Part shown: positions 46,497 to 56,745 of the stretch, in pieces | Position numbering within the stretch: position 1 is the stretch's first letter | Layout: each line of letters starts with the position of its first letter | Assembly (NCBI GenBank): GCA_037131555.1 | Contig: JBAXQU010000005.1 | Coordinates: 2,423 to 66,422 of the forward strand | Direction of reading: 5' to 3' | Length of the DNA: 64,000 nucleotides | Source of the DNA: Bacteroidota bacterium | Lineage (GTDB): Bacteria > Bacteroidota > Bacteroidia > 2-12-FULL-35-15 | Program-made: the position numbers and the translations under genes | The notes under the pieces: model-generated | Told to the model about the DNA's origin: nothing | The model's database searches: none | Seen by the model: only the letters and a program-made list of their open reading frames with translations

Positions 46497-46658
46497 ATGC
46501 TCGTTTGGGTAAGCATAGCATCTGTCCATCTATGTTCTTGATTCGTTTTAATAATGCTTACAAAGCCTATGACAAGCGAGTTTTACCTTATCTGATGGTC
46601 CTCCTTTTTTTATCCTGTATCTTTTTCTATTTTTGTTGTTATTAAAATATATACTCGT

Positions 46659-47510
46659 ATGAAAAAATATTATTTATTCATTGCCCTTCTTGTGCTCTCA
46701 GCATCCGTGCACGCACAGTACAAAACCATAGTTTATTTTAATACCAATCAAAGCGCTCTCGACAAAGCATCAACCGCTAAAATCGATTCGATTGTAAAAT
46801 TTCTAAAATCAAAAGACAGCTATACCATTGCCATAAGCGGTTATGCCGATAATGTAGGCAACAACGATATCAATGTTCTCTTATCCATGCAACGTGCAGT
46901 GGCTGTGTTGACCTATCTCACCGAACATGGCATACCCTCGCAATACCTCACTGCCAAAGGATACGGAAGTGAGTCGCCACTCACGAATAATCAATCGGAG
47001 CAAGCACGAATGCGAAACCGAAGAGCTGAATTGCTGCTCACTTATTCCGCTCCAATCCCTGCAAAGCCAGCACCTGGGGCACAACCAGCACCTATGCCCG
47101 CACTTCCTCCGAAAGCAAAAATGCAAGAAGCCGAAGCACTCACCGAACAGAACTCCGCCAATGGATTTGAAGTAGGTCAAGTATTGCGCCTCGCCAATCT
47201 TAATTTCATTGGAGGCACCGACAACTTGCTACCAGAGGCCGCTGCTCCGCTTGCCCTCCTTTTACGTACCATGAAAGAGAACCCAAAATTGCAAATTGAA
47301 ATTGGTGGACATGTATGTTGCATGGACGATATGCCTTTATCCATAAAGCGTGCAGAGGCAGTGAAAGATTACCTCATACGAAAAGGAATAGCAGCCGAGC
47401 GCATGGAGGCCAAAGGATATAGCCGCAATAAACCCATTGTACCTGACGATAGAAACGAAAGGGATGCCAAAACAAACAGAAGGGTGGAGATTACAATTCT
47501 AAAGAATTAA
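46659..47510 (+). CDS. OmpA-family protein with two OmpA_C-like domains
   Basis: 283 aa. Signal peptide. Two peptidoglycan-binding-type modules (...NDINVLLSMQRAVAVLTYL...RNRRAELLL and ...LSIKRAEAVKDYL...NRRVEITI) are joined by a Pro/Ala-rich linker. Confidence 0.85.
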   Translation: MKKYYLFIALLVLSASVHAQYKTIVYFNTNQSALDKASTAKIDSIVKFLKSKDSYTIAISGYADNVGNNDINVLLSMQRAVAVLTYLTEHGIPSQYLTAKGYGSESPLTNNQSEQARMRNRRAELLLTYSAPIPAKPAPGAQPAPMPALPPKAKMQEAEALTEQNSANGFEVGQVLRLANLNFIGGTDNLLPEAAAPLALLLRTMKENPKLQIEIGGHVCCMDDMPLSIKRAEAVKDYLIRKGIAAERMEAKGYSRNKPIVPDDRNERDAKTNRRVEITILKN

Positions 47511-49349
47511 TTAAATGATGCCGTGCAACGATTTGCCCTTTGCACCCAAGGCATCTACGCGTTTTTCTATTTCAGCATTCTTTATTAAGGGGGGTGCATG
47601 GTGTGGCTTTATCCGTGCATCTATTATCAACGAGCCTTTGCAGCCCCAGTGTTTATGCTGGATAAAGCTATCCACTCCATAAACATCGTGCGATGGATTG
47701 CTTCGCGTAAACGTAACCCATAAAAAGTTATTGAGTGTTTGCGCCACAAAATCACTGTCGTCACAAACGATGATGAGCGGAAAGCCAGCAAGTGTTTCTT
47801 GTTGATTTTTTAAAATAGCACTCAATGCTTCCATTTGTTGTTCGGTGGTGGTGGCATCGATGTATTGAACAGCTCGCAGGGCAAGCACTCCAGGGAAAAT
47901 AAACTTCGGATGATGAAATCCTTCGGGCAATTTAAGTTCGGGCACTACAGTCGATAACGTTCTGCAAGGCTCACCAGCAGCGGCAATTACTAGTTTGCTA
48001 CCGCTATTCAAATCGGTTCCGCTATAATCCAAGGTGTCAATCGAAGTACGTGTGTAGAAATGCAAATCCCTTGTCCACTGCACCCTTTCGAGCAAGTGCA
48101 TAAAGTAAGCGTCTACTTTTTTAGTGCTCAATTGTGGGTTGTCTTCGCCAGCTACTATCAGTAAATACTTTGCAAGACTGAGTTGTCCTTTGCCCAATAT
48201 ATGATTGGCAATGGTTAATAGCTCTTGAGGTTTACGCTCCGAACTATAAGGCGTGTATCGTTCGCTGCCAATGGCAAGCAATAGCGGATGCACACCAGCA
48301 GCATCCACGGCATGTACATCTCTCAATCCTGGAATCTCTACTGGAATGGCTGCTCCGGTGAGCTCATGTATAAATGCTCCGAAGCTCGTATCCTCTTGAG
48401 GAGGACGGCCTACCACGGTAAATGGCCATATTGCATTGTTGCGATGATACACCTTGTGTACACGCATCAAAGGGAAATTATGTTTCAAACTATAATAGCC
48501 AAGATGGTCGCCAAATGGACCTTCTGGCTTGTTTTCATTTGGATATACTTCACCCGTAATCACAAAATCCGCATCGTTAGCGATGCGAAAACCATCGGCA
48601 CTCGTATACCGAATGCGCCTATTGCCCAGTGCTCCAGCGAATGTCAGTTCGCTCATGCCTTCGGGCAAAGGCATTACAGCACCAAGCGTGAGGGATGGTG
48701 GTCCACCAACAAATATACTCACCTTGAGCGGAATGTTCTTTGCATTTGTTTTTGTTTGATGCACACCAATGCCTCTATGCAATTGATAATGTAAGCCCAC
48801 TTCTTTATCTTTCATATACTCATTCCCCGAAATTTGAATTCGATACATCCCCAAATTTGAATGCATCACTCCCGGAAGGTCAATGTCTTCGCTATACACA
48901 AGCGGAAGGGTGATAAATGCTCCTCCATCATCGGGCCAGCATTTAATCTGCGGCAATGCCGAAAGTTGCGTTTCGTTTTGCAAAACGGCAGCATTCATGT
49001 TTGTTTTTCGCGGCAATGATGAAAAAGCGGTAAGCGCTACATTGCTATATTTTAGTGGGTGTTTCAAAGCCTCCATTGGATGATTTTTTAAATCAATCAA
49101 TGTTTTCATTTTCTCAAAGGTATCTCTGAAAATAAATTTACTTCGTTCGGTATTCCCATAAAGATTAGATACCGCCTTAAATTTACAATCCTTAATATTC
49201 TCGAATAATACGGCTGGCCCATTGTTTTCGAACACTCGAAGGTGAATGGCAGCCATCTCCAATTCGGAACTTACCACTTCCGTAACACGCACCAGATGGC
49301 CGTGTTTATCCAAGTCATCAATACACTCCTGAGTAGTTCGGTATCCCAT
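47511..49349 (-). CDS. UbiD-family (prenyl-FMN-dependent) decarboxylase, menaquinone/ubiquinone-type
   Basis: 612 aa. LDKHGHLVRV...E....A..H..V.....PAVLFENIKDC, N.GMYR.Q and HYQ.H.G motifs. Confidence 0.85.
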   Translation of the reverse strand: MGYRTTQECIDDLDKHGHLVRVTEVVSSELEMAAIHLRVFENNGPAVLFENIKDCKFKAVSNLYGNTERSKFIFRDTFEKMKTLIDLKNHPMEALKHPLKYSNVALTAFSSLPRKTNMNAAVLQNETQLSALPQIKCWPDDGGAFITLPLVYSEDIDLPGVMHSNLGMYRIQISGNEYMKDKEVGLHYQLHRGIGVHQTKTNAKNIPLKVSIFVGGPPSLTLGAVMPLPEGMSELTFAGALGNRRIRYTSADGFRIANDADFVITGEVYPNENKPEGPFGDHLGYYSLKHNFPLMRVHKVYHRNNAIWPFTVVGRPPQEDTSFGAFIHELTGAAIPVEIPGLRDVHAVDAAGVHPLLLAIGSERYTPYSSERKPQELLTIANHILGKGQLSLAKYLLIVAGEDNPQLSTKKVDAYFMHLLERVQWTRDLHFYTRTSIDTLDYSGTDLNSGSKLVIAAAGEPCRTLSTVVPELKLPEGFHHPKFIFPGVLALRAVQYIDATTTEQQMEALSAILKNQQETLAGFPLIIVCDDSDFVAQTLNNFLWVTFTRSNPSHDVYGVDSFIQHKHWGCKGSLIIDARIKPHHAPPLIKNAEIEKRVDALGAKGKSLHGII

Positions 49350-49403
49350 TTATAAAATCGTTTTCGGAAGTAAGTAAGCGAAATGCCCACTTTAGCGAGT
49401 GGT

Positions 49404-49805
49404 TTAGGTAAGTTTTGCTTGTTGTTTTTTTTCAAACATTTCGCGAATAGCGCCAAGGTAATAGCTGTCCCAACCTTCGGCAATGCTTTTCAACGATTTC
49501 TCTGGAACATCTTCATGAAGCAATGTCACTGTGGTGGTTTTACCTTTTCCTTTAAGCGTAAGGGTTACCTTCGAAGGCTGTGCCCATTGGTCGTAACACC
49601 ATTCTTGTACCAATTTCTTATTTGGTACCACTTCTAAATTGGTACCAAACATCTGTCCGCCCCATAGCGAAAATGTTCCTCCTACTTCGGCACTCATTTT
49701 AGCTTCGTCACCACTCCAGTGTTGAATAATATCAGGATTTACTAAGGCCTCGAAAACTTCGCTAGGCTTAGCATTCATCTCATAAGTTTGTTTTATTACC
49801 GACAT
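49404..49805 (-). CDS. SRPBCC/AHSA1-domain protein
   Basis: 133 aa. ...VFEALVNPDIIQHWSG........VGG.F.LWGG...G.......NKKLVQEW. Confidence 0.7.
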   Translation of the reverse strand: MSVIKQTYEMNAKPSEVFEALVNPDIIQHWSGDEAKMSAEVGGTFSLWGGQMFGTNLEVVPNKKLVQEWCYDQWAQPSKVTLTLKGKGKTTTVTLLHEDVPEKSLKSIAEGWDSYYLGAIREMFEKKQQAKLT

Positions 49806-49827
49806 CTTTAGTACATTTTTATTTTAT

Positions 49828-51243
49828 TTAATCTATTGAAAAAGGTTTCGAAAGGTCATTGGTTATTGATATTTTGTACATCTCATCGTTGTACTTGTTT
49901 TGCTCGGGCAAGTAAAATAGTTGATAGCCTTTCGCAATGTATGCCCTCATTTCTTTTTCACCTAAATAGGGTTCAAAGGTAATGGATTTGTTTTCGTTTT
50001 GACCAATTTTTGTTACCATTATTTCATTGTACCACCAGCCAGCTATTATCACCGTTTTCGATTGAATGGTGTCCGTTTTGTCAATCACCGCTTTGGTGTA
50101 TTTTATCTTTTGCATTCTTTTTGAATAGTCCGAAAAGATGGGGCCAGTAAGCGGGTCGAAAAATAGTTCTTGTCCCGATACCTCGAAAACAACCGCCATG
50201 CTAGAGTATTCGGCACCTCTTAGTTTATCAGTGAGGTTGATGCTAAAGAAAAATGGAGAAAGAAGGAAGAGCGAACAAATAACGATAAAGTGTTTTTGCT
50301 TTAAGTAAATCGCAGCCCACCAAATCATAAAGGGGAGAACGGTAATCATATACCCCGATTTCTGTGGCAAACGTAAATAGGAGATGGTGTAAAGCACTAC
50401 TATCATTAAGATGGTGTAGGTATATGTTTTTATGTGCGACCGCGATTCGAGGTTTTCGGAAGAGCGCGATTTCCAATTCGTGATTGCCATTGGCAAAGCG
50501 ATGAGTACTGCCACCACGCCCAAGATGCCAAGCACACCAGGTATCATCTTATAAAGTACTTTGCTCATGGGTGGGTAGGCAAATTGATCGTAATACATAA
50601 GGAAATTTAATCCGAATTGTTTAAAGAGGGGCGCATACGAAAGGCCCGCAACGATTAGTGTTAAACAGACAAACCAAATGATAGGTTTCAAAAGGATTTT
50701 TCGGTTTCCGCACATCCAAACCATATAAGTAAAAGGAATGAGTAAAGCTCCGCTAGTGATACGGCAACCAATGGCTAATCCTAAGAATACTCCGGCAAGG
50801 GCCAATCGGTTGGTTACAAGGAGATACAAACAAATGAGGACAAATGTTTCGGTCCAAATAAAATCGATGGTATAAGTGCTACTGATGTAAACCACAGGAA
50901 TAAATGCATAAGCCAAAGCGCCAATCAAATAATTTTTGAACTGAATATGATGCAAGAATCGCGCAAAGTACATGGCACCAATGGCGCTAATCAAGGCTGA
51001 TAAGCCATTAAACAAAACAGGGCCTCCACCCCAAAGCGCTGAATAGATAAGCTCTTGAACAGGATGCCCTGGAAAACGGGAAGGTTCGTAAACATGGGTA
51101 AGGTGGGTGTGATAAGCGGCTAATGCTATGCCCCACGAATCTTCTTCGATGCCGTAGCCCTCAAAAATAAAGGGGATTCGCGAAACAAGAACAAGGATAA
51201 AAACTAAGTAAAAGGGATTATATTTAATTTTTACCTTACTCAT
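49828..51243 (-). CDS. Polytopic membrane protein, second GT-C-fold glycosyltransferase candidate
   Basis: 471 aa. An acidic motif GIEEDSW follows the first TM helix, with about 11 TM segments and a soluble C-terminal ~100 aa. Confidence 0.35.
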   Translation of the reverse strand: MSKVKIKYNPFYLVFILVLVSRIPFIFEGYGIEEDSWGIALAAYHTHLTHVYEPSRFPGHPVQELIYSALWGGGPVLFNGLSALISAIGAMYFARFLHHIQFKNYLIGALAYAFIPVVYISSTYTIDFIWTETFVLICLYLLVTNRLALAGVFLGLAIGCRITSGALLIPFTYMVWMCGNRKILLKPIIWFVCLTLIVAGLSYAPLFKQFGLNFLMYYDQFAYPPMSKVLYKMIPGVLGILGVVAVLIALPMAITNWKSRSSENLESRSHIKTYTYTILMIVVLYTISYLRLPQKSGYMITVLPFMIWWAAIYLKQKHFIVICSLFLLSPFFFSINLTDKLRGAEYSSMAVVFEVSGQELFFDPLTGPIFSDYSKRMQKIKYTKAVIDKTDTIQSKTVIIAGWWYNEIMVTKIGQNENKSITFEPYLGEKEMRAYIAKGYQLFYLPEQNKYNDEMYKISITNDLSKPFSID

Positions 51244-52005
51244 CTAATCGTTTAAGCGCTGACGCACTGCTTCGTACAAGATAATACCTGCTGCCACCGA
51301 AACGTTTAAGGAGCCGATGTTTCCCATCATAGGTATCTTGGCATGTGCATCCGATAAGTTCAAATATTCGGTGGATACACCGTTTTCTTCGGAACCTAAA
51401 ATGAGTGCAACAGGCAGTGTATAGTCGTGTTGTGAATAGACATCCGTAGTCTTTTCGGTACAAGCGATAACTTGTAAACCACTCTCGCGTAAATAATCGA
51501 TTACAACTTTTAAGTCTACCTCGCGACAGACAGGCACCTTGTGTAAAGCCCCAGCAGAGGTTTTGATGGCATCAGCATTTATTTGTGCTCCGCCTTTCTT
51601 TGGAATGATGATGGCATCAACACCTGCGCATTCGGCAGTACGTGCAATGGCTCCGAAGTTTCTCACGTCAGTAATTCGGTCGAGTATAAGTATCAACGGA
51701 GTTTTTCCTTTTTCAAATACAAGCGGCAAAAGTTTTTTAATCTTATGATAGGTGATAGAGGAAAGATAACCCACCACACCTTGATGATTCTTGTTGGTTA
51801 AGTGGTTGATCTTTTCGAGAGGTACATATTGAAAAGGTATTTCGTGTTGTTTCAATAGCACCATCAACTCGCTGTAGAGTTCATTTTTAAGCCCCGTTTG
51901 AACAAACAATCGTTCGATTTCTTTCCCTGCTTTGATGGCTTCAATTATTGGACGCAACCCGAATAATAAATTTTCCTCTTCTCGTCTCTGTTCTTTCGTT
52001 TGCAT
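51244..52005 (-). CDS. rlmB: 23S rRNA (guanosine-2'-O)-methyltransferase RlmB (SpoU/TrmH family)
   Basis: The track ORF extends to 52071 and would overlap the upstream gene. I prefer the Met at 52005 (MQTKEQ...LFGLRPIIEAIKAG). SpoU motifs NFGAI.RTAE, ILGSEENG and IPMMG...SLNVS. Confidence 0.8.
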   Translation of the reverse strand: MQTKEQRREEENLLFGLRPIIEAIKAGKEIERLFVQTGLKNELYSELMVLLKQHEIPFQYVPLEKINHLTNKNHQGVVGYLSSITYHKIKKLLPLVFEKGKTPLILILDRITDVRNFGAIARTAECAGVDAIIIPKKGGAQINADAIKTSAGALHKVPVCREVDLKVVIDYLRESGLQVIACTEKTTDVYSQHDYTLPVALILGSEENGVSTEYLNLSDAHAKIPMMGNIGSLNVSVAAGIILYEAVRQRLND

Positions 52006-52037
52006 ATTTTCTATTCGTTGGTGTGATGTTTCAATTA

Positions 52038-53303
52038 TTAATCTTGTAAATACGTTCTTCCTTGTCGCCAATTATCCACTGATGTATACCATGATTGCTT
52101 GTAAACAACCGAACGTTCGAGGGTATAATCATTATCAGTAAAAGGGTTGAGCACTTTCGTAAATGAGAATTGCAGTGAATTAATATTGTTTTCTTCCCCA
52201 TAATTCCATGATTCGGAAATAGCAGTTCGATAGATGGAAGTTGGAGCGCCAAATATCAGGAAAATCATGCCACGGTCGGTTTTCCACCCTTCGAGGTACG
52301 AAGTGAAATAAAGGTTAGCGTCTTGTATGCGGGTATAATACTTTCTGATGGCTTCGCGTGCTTTGTCTTGATTGCCTGCACAGCTTATCCAAAACTTCTC
52401 CACCGAAACTTTTTTGTTGGTGCTATTTGTAAGGTCATCATATTCTTGTTTCGAAGTAATGAAACGCAATGGATTCACCATGTCTTCGGCCTTTTTTACA
52501 TCCGGAAACAATTCCGAAAAATTGAAAAGAGTAAGTCCATCACGTTTGGTAGTATCCAACTGAAAATGATAAAACCCTTTCCGAGTTGCTGTAAAATTAA
52601 GGTTTCCTTCAGCCGACATTTGAAGCACAAAAGTACTATCGGGTTTGTATTTAAAAGGCTCTGCTTCGCTGAGTGAGAAAGGTGGAGCCGCCAAAGGGAA
52701 GTTACGATTGTAATAGCGCACATACACGTTCACACCAATCTTTGCTTTATATTTGATAGAAACTTCCTCGCCTGTTTTGGTGTAATTGCAGAACAACGGT
52801 ATATCTGTCGCCTTTGATTTAACGATGAAATTCTGACGATTCAAATCATTCACCTTCTCAATGGGTACCACATTCGATACACTTATATTTCTATTCAAGT
52901 CGGCTACGGTTACACGTAAATAGTATGTATGATGAGCCAACGCATGAATATTGATTTTGCCAATTAAATTCTTATCCGAGGCTGTATTGTTTTCGTCCAC
53001 CACTCGTACCGAAGAACTATCCACTATTTCGCGGGAGTCATAAGAAGGCATCAACCGATAAGAAACAAGAACGTTTGAAGAAAAATTAATTCCATCCGGA
53101 CGGGTGTAGAGTAGTTCTTTACTGGCTATCTTGAAATGCAATTCGCTAATTGTGTCGCTGATGTTGAACACTACAAATTGCGGATGAATGGTATATACTT
53201 CTTTTTTATAAGTCGTGTTTTGCCCTTTATTCACCATCTTCTTGGACGAGCCGCAAGAGTTAGAAAAAAAGATAAATAATGTATATAACGCTATTTTTTT
53301 CAT
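52038..53303 (-). CDS. GWxTD-domain protein
   Basis: 421 aa. Signal peptide. Diagnostic GWKTDRGMIFLIFGAP motif near the C-terminus. Confidence 0.8.
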   Translation of the reverse strand: MKKIALYTLFIFFSNSCGSSKKMVNKGQNTTYKKEVYTIHPQFVVFNISDTISELHFKIASKELLYTRPDGINFSSNVLVSYRLMPSYDSREIVDSSSVRVVDENNTASDKNLIGKINIHALAHHTYYLRVTVADLNRNISVSNVVPIEKVNDLNRQNFIVKSKATDIPLFCNYTKTGEEVSIKYKAKIGVNVYVRYYNRNFPLAAPPFSLSEAEPFKYKPDSTFVLQMSAEGNLNFTATRKGFYHFQLDTTKRDGLTLFNFSELFPDVKKAEDMVNPLRFITSKQEYDDLTNSTNKKVSVEKFWISCAGNQDKAREAIRKYYTRIQDANLYFTSYLEGWKTDRGMIFLIFGAPTSIYRTAISESWNYGEENNINSLQFSFTKVLNPFTDNDYTLERSVVYKQSWYTSVDNWRQGRTYLQD

Positions 53304-53418
53304 TGATACCTTAGTACTACTTCAAATGGTTTGAAATCTGAAATAGGAGTTTTTATAAAAGCATGTAAAATTAATAATTAATTCGCTCGTGGTCACCTGC
53401 AAATGAATACTTATCAAA

Positions 53419-55320
53419 TTAAAAATAATTCACAATTCCGAAATGGATTTTTCCACTCTTCAATTCTATCTTGTTGTTTTGTTGACTTCCCAACGCATAG
53501 CTGATGGAAAATATTCCAGCTTTGGTCTGGAAGCTAATGCCAGCACCGAATCCATAGGGGGTATCGTGTTCCACTAATTTTAAATTGGCTGAATGATTTT
53601 CGTAATAGGCTTGGTCGCCAAAGAGGTATAGGTAAGAGTTTTGTTCTAAGATAAAACGATATTCTATGGTAAATATGGAATAAGCAGAAGCGTAAATAGA
53701 TTCTTCGTCAAAACCTCTTAATGATTTTAATCCGCCAATGCGTAAAAGCTCGTTCTGAAAAATGGTGGGTCCATATAGGAAGGCATCCTGACTTCCAATC
53801 TTTATCGTGTTTCTACTGAAAAGGGGAAGGAAAATGGCTCCTTCGAAATCGCTATTGTAGATGGTAGAACTCAGATGCTCAATATTGTTGTATGCGATAG
53901 GGTTTACTTTTGCATTTTTCTTGATATCCTTTGTTCCTACACTGGCATTCATAAGCACTGTAAACCCTTTCCGAGGATTTAAACGGTAATCCAAACGTTC
54001 GTACTTAAGGCCAATACCGTACATATTGGTGCTTACATCGGCATAAGGTGGCAAGGTAGTAATGTTCTCGTATCCTTTGGTAGAAAGCAAAGAAGAGGTT
54101 TTGTTGTTATAGAATATTTTGATGTAGTTTCCTCCATTTAGCAAGTATTGAATGCCTACGTTTTGGTTTACTTCCAAAAAGGTAGTGTCTTTTTTATAAA
54201 GTTTAAACGTGTAATCCACACCAAATGGAGTATGAAAGAGGAAAGGATACACCAATCTCAATTTCAAATCTTGGGTTTGGGTTTGCAACCTCCGCCAATT
54301 TAAATCTATCAATTCGCCTCTGCCCAAGCTGTTTTGCAGCTTTAGTTGTACATCGCCTGTAAAGAGTACTTTCCCTGTTTTGTCATCGGGTAGTATTCCA
54401 ATAATGCCATCAAATTGGCTGGCCCTTTTTTTCTCAAGGTTCAAAATGAGTTTATTGAATTTGTCAGTAAACGTAATGGTTGCCGGTTTAGTGGAGCGCA
54501 CAAAAGGTAGCTCGGCAATGCGAGTATTTACCTTCTTCAACATCGATTCGTTGTAAGGACTTCCAGGTTTAACCCCAAGATAATTGTACAGAAATACGGG
54601 AGCTATTTTCGCATTGCCCCTGATTAATACGCTGTCAATTTTCTCGGATAAATTTTTATCGAGTTTGAGTTGAGCACTCATGCTTTTGTCTGAGATTTCA
54701 ATGCTGTCAAGCTTTACCGAAGCGAAAGGAAATCCATGATTCTCATAATAGGAAATTAATTTTTCTTCAATCTTCTTAATATTCTTATAGTACAACGGTT
54801 TGTTGCTATATAGTTTTTCCCTAAACCCAATCTCGCTAAGCACTCCTTCATCCACATTTCCCTTCGAAAGCTTCGCCCATTTGTATTGAACTCCGAATTC
54901 CAAATAAGCCTTCATGAAGGAAGAGTCATTTCTCAAGCTATCGTACGAAGCAAGCAAATAGGCATTGTCATAACAAGTGAACAATACATTTTGCAATTCC
55001 TTGTCGCGTTCACTTCGCGTCTTAAAAGTTTTTTTATACTCCAATTTTTTAAGAAGAATTTCATCTTTTGGTGAAGTAATTAAAAGGGAGAACTCGTTGT
55101 GTTGGTCGTTTGCCTCTTTGTTCTTTAAGCTGTCTGTAGCGGATTTTCGAGCCTCAAGAAAATTGACAGAAGGGAGTTTGTTCGGATTTTTAGTTGTGTC
55201 AATCACATAAGGAAGGGTTTTTTTCACCGTATCACTTACCACTTGAGCATTTGAATTCACGGGCAAAAGAATGCTCGTGATGCAAAAGATGAATATAATA
55301 AATGCGACTCTAAATGTCAT
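53419..55320 (-). CDS. Omp85/BamA-like outer-membrane protein with POTRA-type N-terminal region
   Basis: 633 aa. Signal peptide. ...LRGFDE..., a G.G.S pattern and C-terminal ...GKIHFGIVNYF. Located upstream of the GWxTD gene on the same strand. Confidence 0.6.
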   Translation of the reverse strand: MTFRVAFIIFIFCITSILLPVNSNAQVVSDTVKKTLPYVIDTTKNPNKLPSVNFLEARKSATDSLKNKEANDQHNEFSLLITSPKDEILLKKLEYKKTFKTRSERDKELQNVLFTCYDNAYLLASYDSLRNDSSFMKAYLEFGVQYKWAKLSKGNVDEGVLSEIGFREKLYSNKPLYYKNIKKIEEKLISYYENHGFPFASVKLDSIEISDKSMSAQLKLDKNLSEKIDSVLIRGNAKIAPVFLYNYLGVKPGSPYNESMLKKVNTRIAELPFVRSTKPATITFTDKFNKLILNLEKKRASQFDGIIGILPDDKTGKVLFTGDVQLKLQNSLGRGELIDLNWRRLQTQTQDLKLRLVYPFLFHTPFGVDYTFKLYKKDTTFLEVNQNVGIQYLLNGGNYIKIFYNNKTSSLLSTKGYENITTLPPYADVSTNMYGIGLKYERLDYRLNPRKGFTVLMNASVGTKDIKKNAKVNPIAYNNIEHLSSTIYNSDFEGAIFLPLFSRNTIKIGSQDAFLYGPTIFQNELLRIGGLKSLRGFDEESIYASAYSIFTIEYRFILEQNSYLYLFGDQAYYENHSANLKLVEHDTPYGFGAGISFQTKAGIFSISYALGSQQNNKIELKSGKIHFGIVNYF

Positions 55321-55502
55321 TGGATAAAATTACACTTTTACTATAAACGAAAAATAAGTATATTTATTTAAATCGAATGATGATTGTCAAACAAATTTCT
55401 TTTGTTAATGAATCGTGCTCATCGATTGTAACTCAAATTAACATATTATTTTTTTTTCCTTTTGAATAAGTTGTGTATTATTGTGTTCTAAATTTTCCAT
55501 CG

Positions 55503-56066
55503 ATGTTAAAATCAATTATTGTTGCCCTACTCAGTTTATTTCCAATCGTTAACTATGCACAAAAATTGGAGGAAGTGAAAATTGACCCTGTATCGCATTT
55601 GCTCATTAAGCATACTAGCTGGGAGAAATTTACCAAAACAGGGCAATTCAATTCGTACTTCAGAATGTCACAAGTTGATTCAGCCTATTTTTTCGAAATA
55701 AGAATAATTTTGAATGAACCCAAACCGATGGAAGCAAAGGAGGGGGAAGAGTTAATTTTTACCTTGTCGAATGGAGAAAAGTTGACTTTAAATTGTTTTA
55801 AAGGAAAGAAAAGTTGCTTGGGTTGCGGTGCAGTGACTATAGCAGGCAACTCGTCACCAGGCATTGAACTTTCTTATCATTTGACCAAACAGCAGTTGGA
55901 GAAGCTTAGAATAAACCAAGTACTTACCAAAGAAGAATACGCCCAACACAAAAAAGAAGAGATAGAACACATCAAGTTAAATATTACTTCTGGAAGTATT
56001 GAGCATGAACTGTCGGAAAACAGTTATTACCAAATCCGAAAATCGATAAAGCTGTTAAAGAAATAA
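55503..56066 (+). CDS. Secreted hypothetical protein
   Basis: The track ORF starts at 55473. The Met at 55503 gives a clean signal peptide, MLKSIIVALLSLFPIVNYAQ. No family recognised. Confidence 0.5.
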   Translation: MLKSIIVALLSLFPIVNYAQKLEEVKIDPVSHLLIKHTSWEKFTKTGQFNSYFRMSQVDSAYFFEIRIILNEPKPMEAKEGEELIFTLSNGEKLTLNCFKGKKSCLGCGAVTIAGNSSPGIELSYHLTKQQLEKLRINQVLTKEEYAQHKKEEIEHIKLNITSGSIEHELSENSYYQIRKSIKLLKK

Positions 56067-56070
56067 ACGA

Positions 56071-56745
56071 TTAAGCGGCTTCTGTTAGTTTGCCATTCTC
56101 ACATTTGATGGTGCGCGATGGGAATTTGTCGAACATCATGATGTCGTGAGTAGCTATCAATACAGCTCTTCCACTTCTACTAATTTCTAATAATAGATTC
56201 ATGATGCCTTCTGATGTCTCAGGGTCGAGGTTTCCTGTTGGCTCGTCAGCAAGTATAAGCTCAGGGTCGTTCAACAAAGCACGTGCGATTGAAATGCGTT
56301 GTTGCTCACCACCCGAAAGTTCATGTGGCATTTTAAATCCTTTGGTCGTGAGATGCACTTTTTCGAGCACATCTTGAATGCGCTTTTGCATTTCCTGTTT
56401 GTTTTTCCATCCAGTTGCTTTGAGCACGAACATAAGGTTTTCGTTTATTGTTCGGTCGGTAAGTAGCTGGAAGTCTTGAAACACGATGCCGAGTTTACGT
56501 CTTAAGAAAGGAATTTCTTTGAGTTTTATTGTCTTTAAGTCGTAACCTGCAACTACACCGTTACCATCTATTAAATCTAAGTCGGCATATAAAGTTTTAA
56601 GCAAGCTGCTTTTCCCGCTTCCCGTTTTTCCGAGCAGATACACAAACTCCCCTTTGTCAATTTTGAGTGAAACATTGGTAAGTACCAAATTGTGTTTTTG
56701 AAAAATGGATGCGTTTTCGAGTTGTATAATTGTGTCTAATGACAT
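56071..56745 (-). CDS. ftsE: ABC-transporter ATP-binding protein, FtsE-like
   Basis: The track ORF extends to 56823. I prefer the Met at 56745 (MSLDTIIQLENASIF), giving ~225 aa. Walker A GKTGSGKSS, signature LSGGEQQR and Walker B LILADEPTG. No FtsX-like permease is adjacent. Confidence 0.6.
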   Translation of the reverse strand: MSLDTIIQLENASIFQKHNLVLTNVSLKIDKGEFVYLLGKTGSGKSSLLKTLYADLDLIDGNGVVAGYDLKTIKLKEIPFLRRKLGIVFQDFQLLTDRTINENLMFVLKATGWKNKQEMQKRIQDVLEKVHLTTKGFKMPHELSGGEQQRISIARALLNDPELILADEPTGNLDPETSEGIMNLLLEISRSGRAVLIATHDIMMFDKFPSRTIKCENGKLTEAA

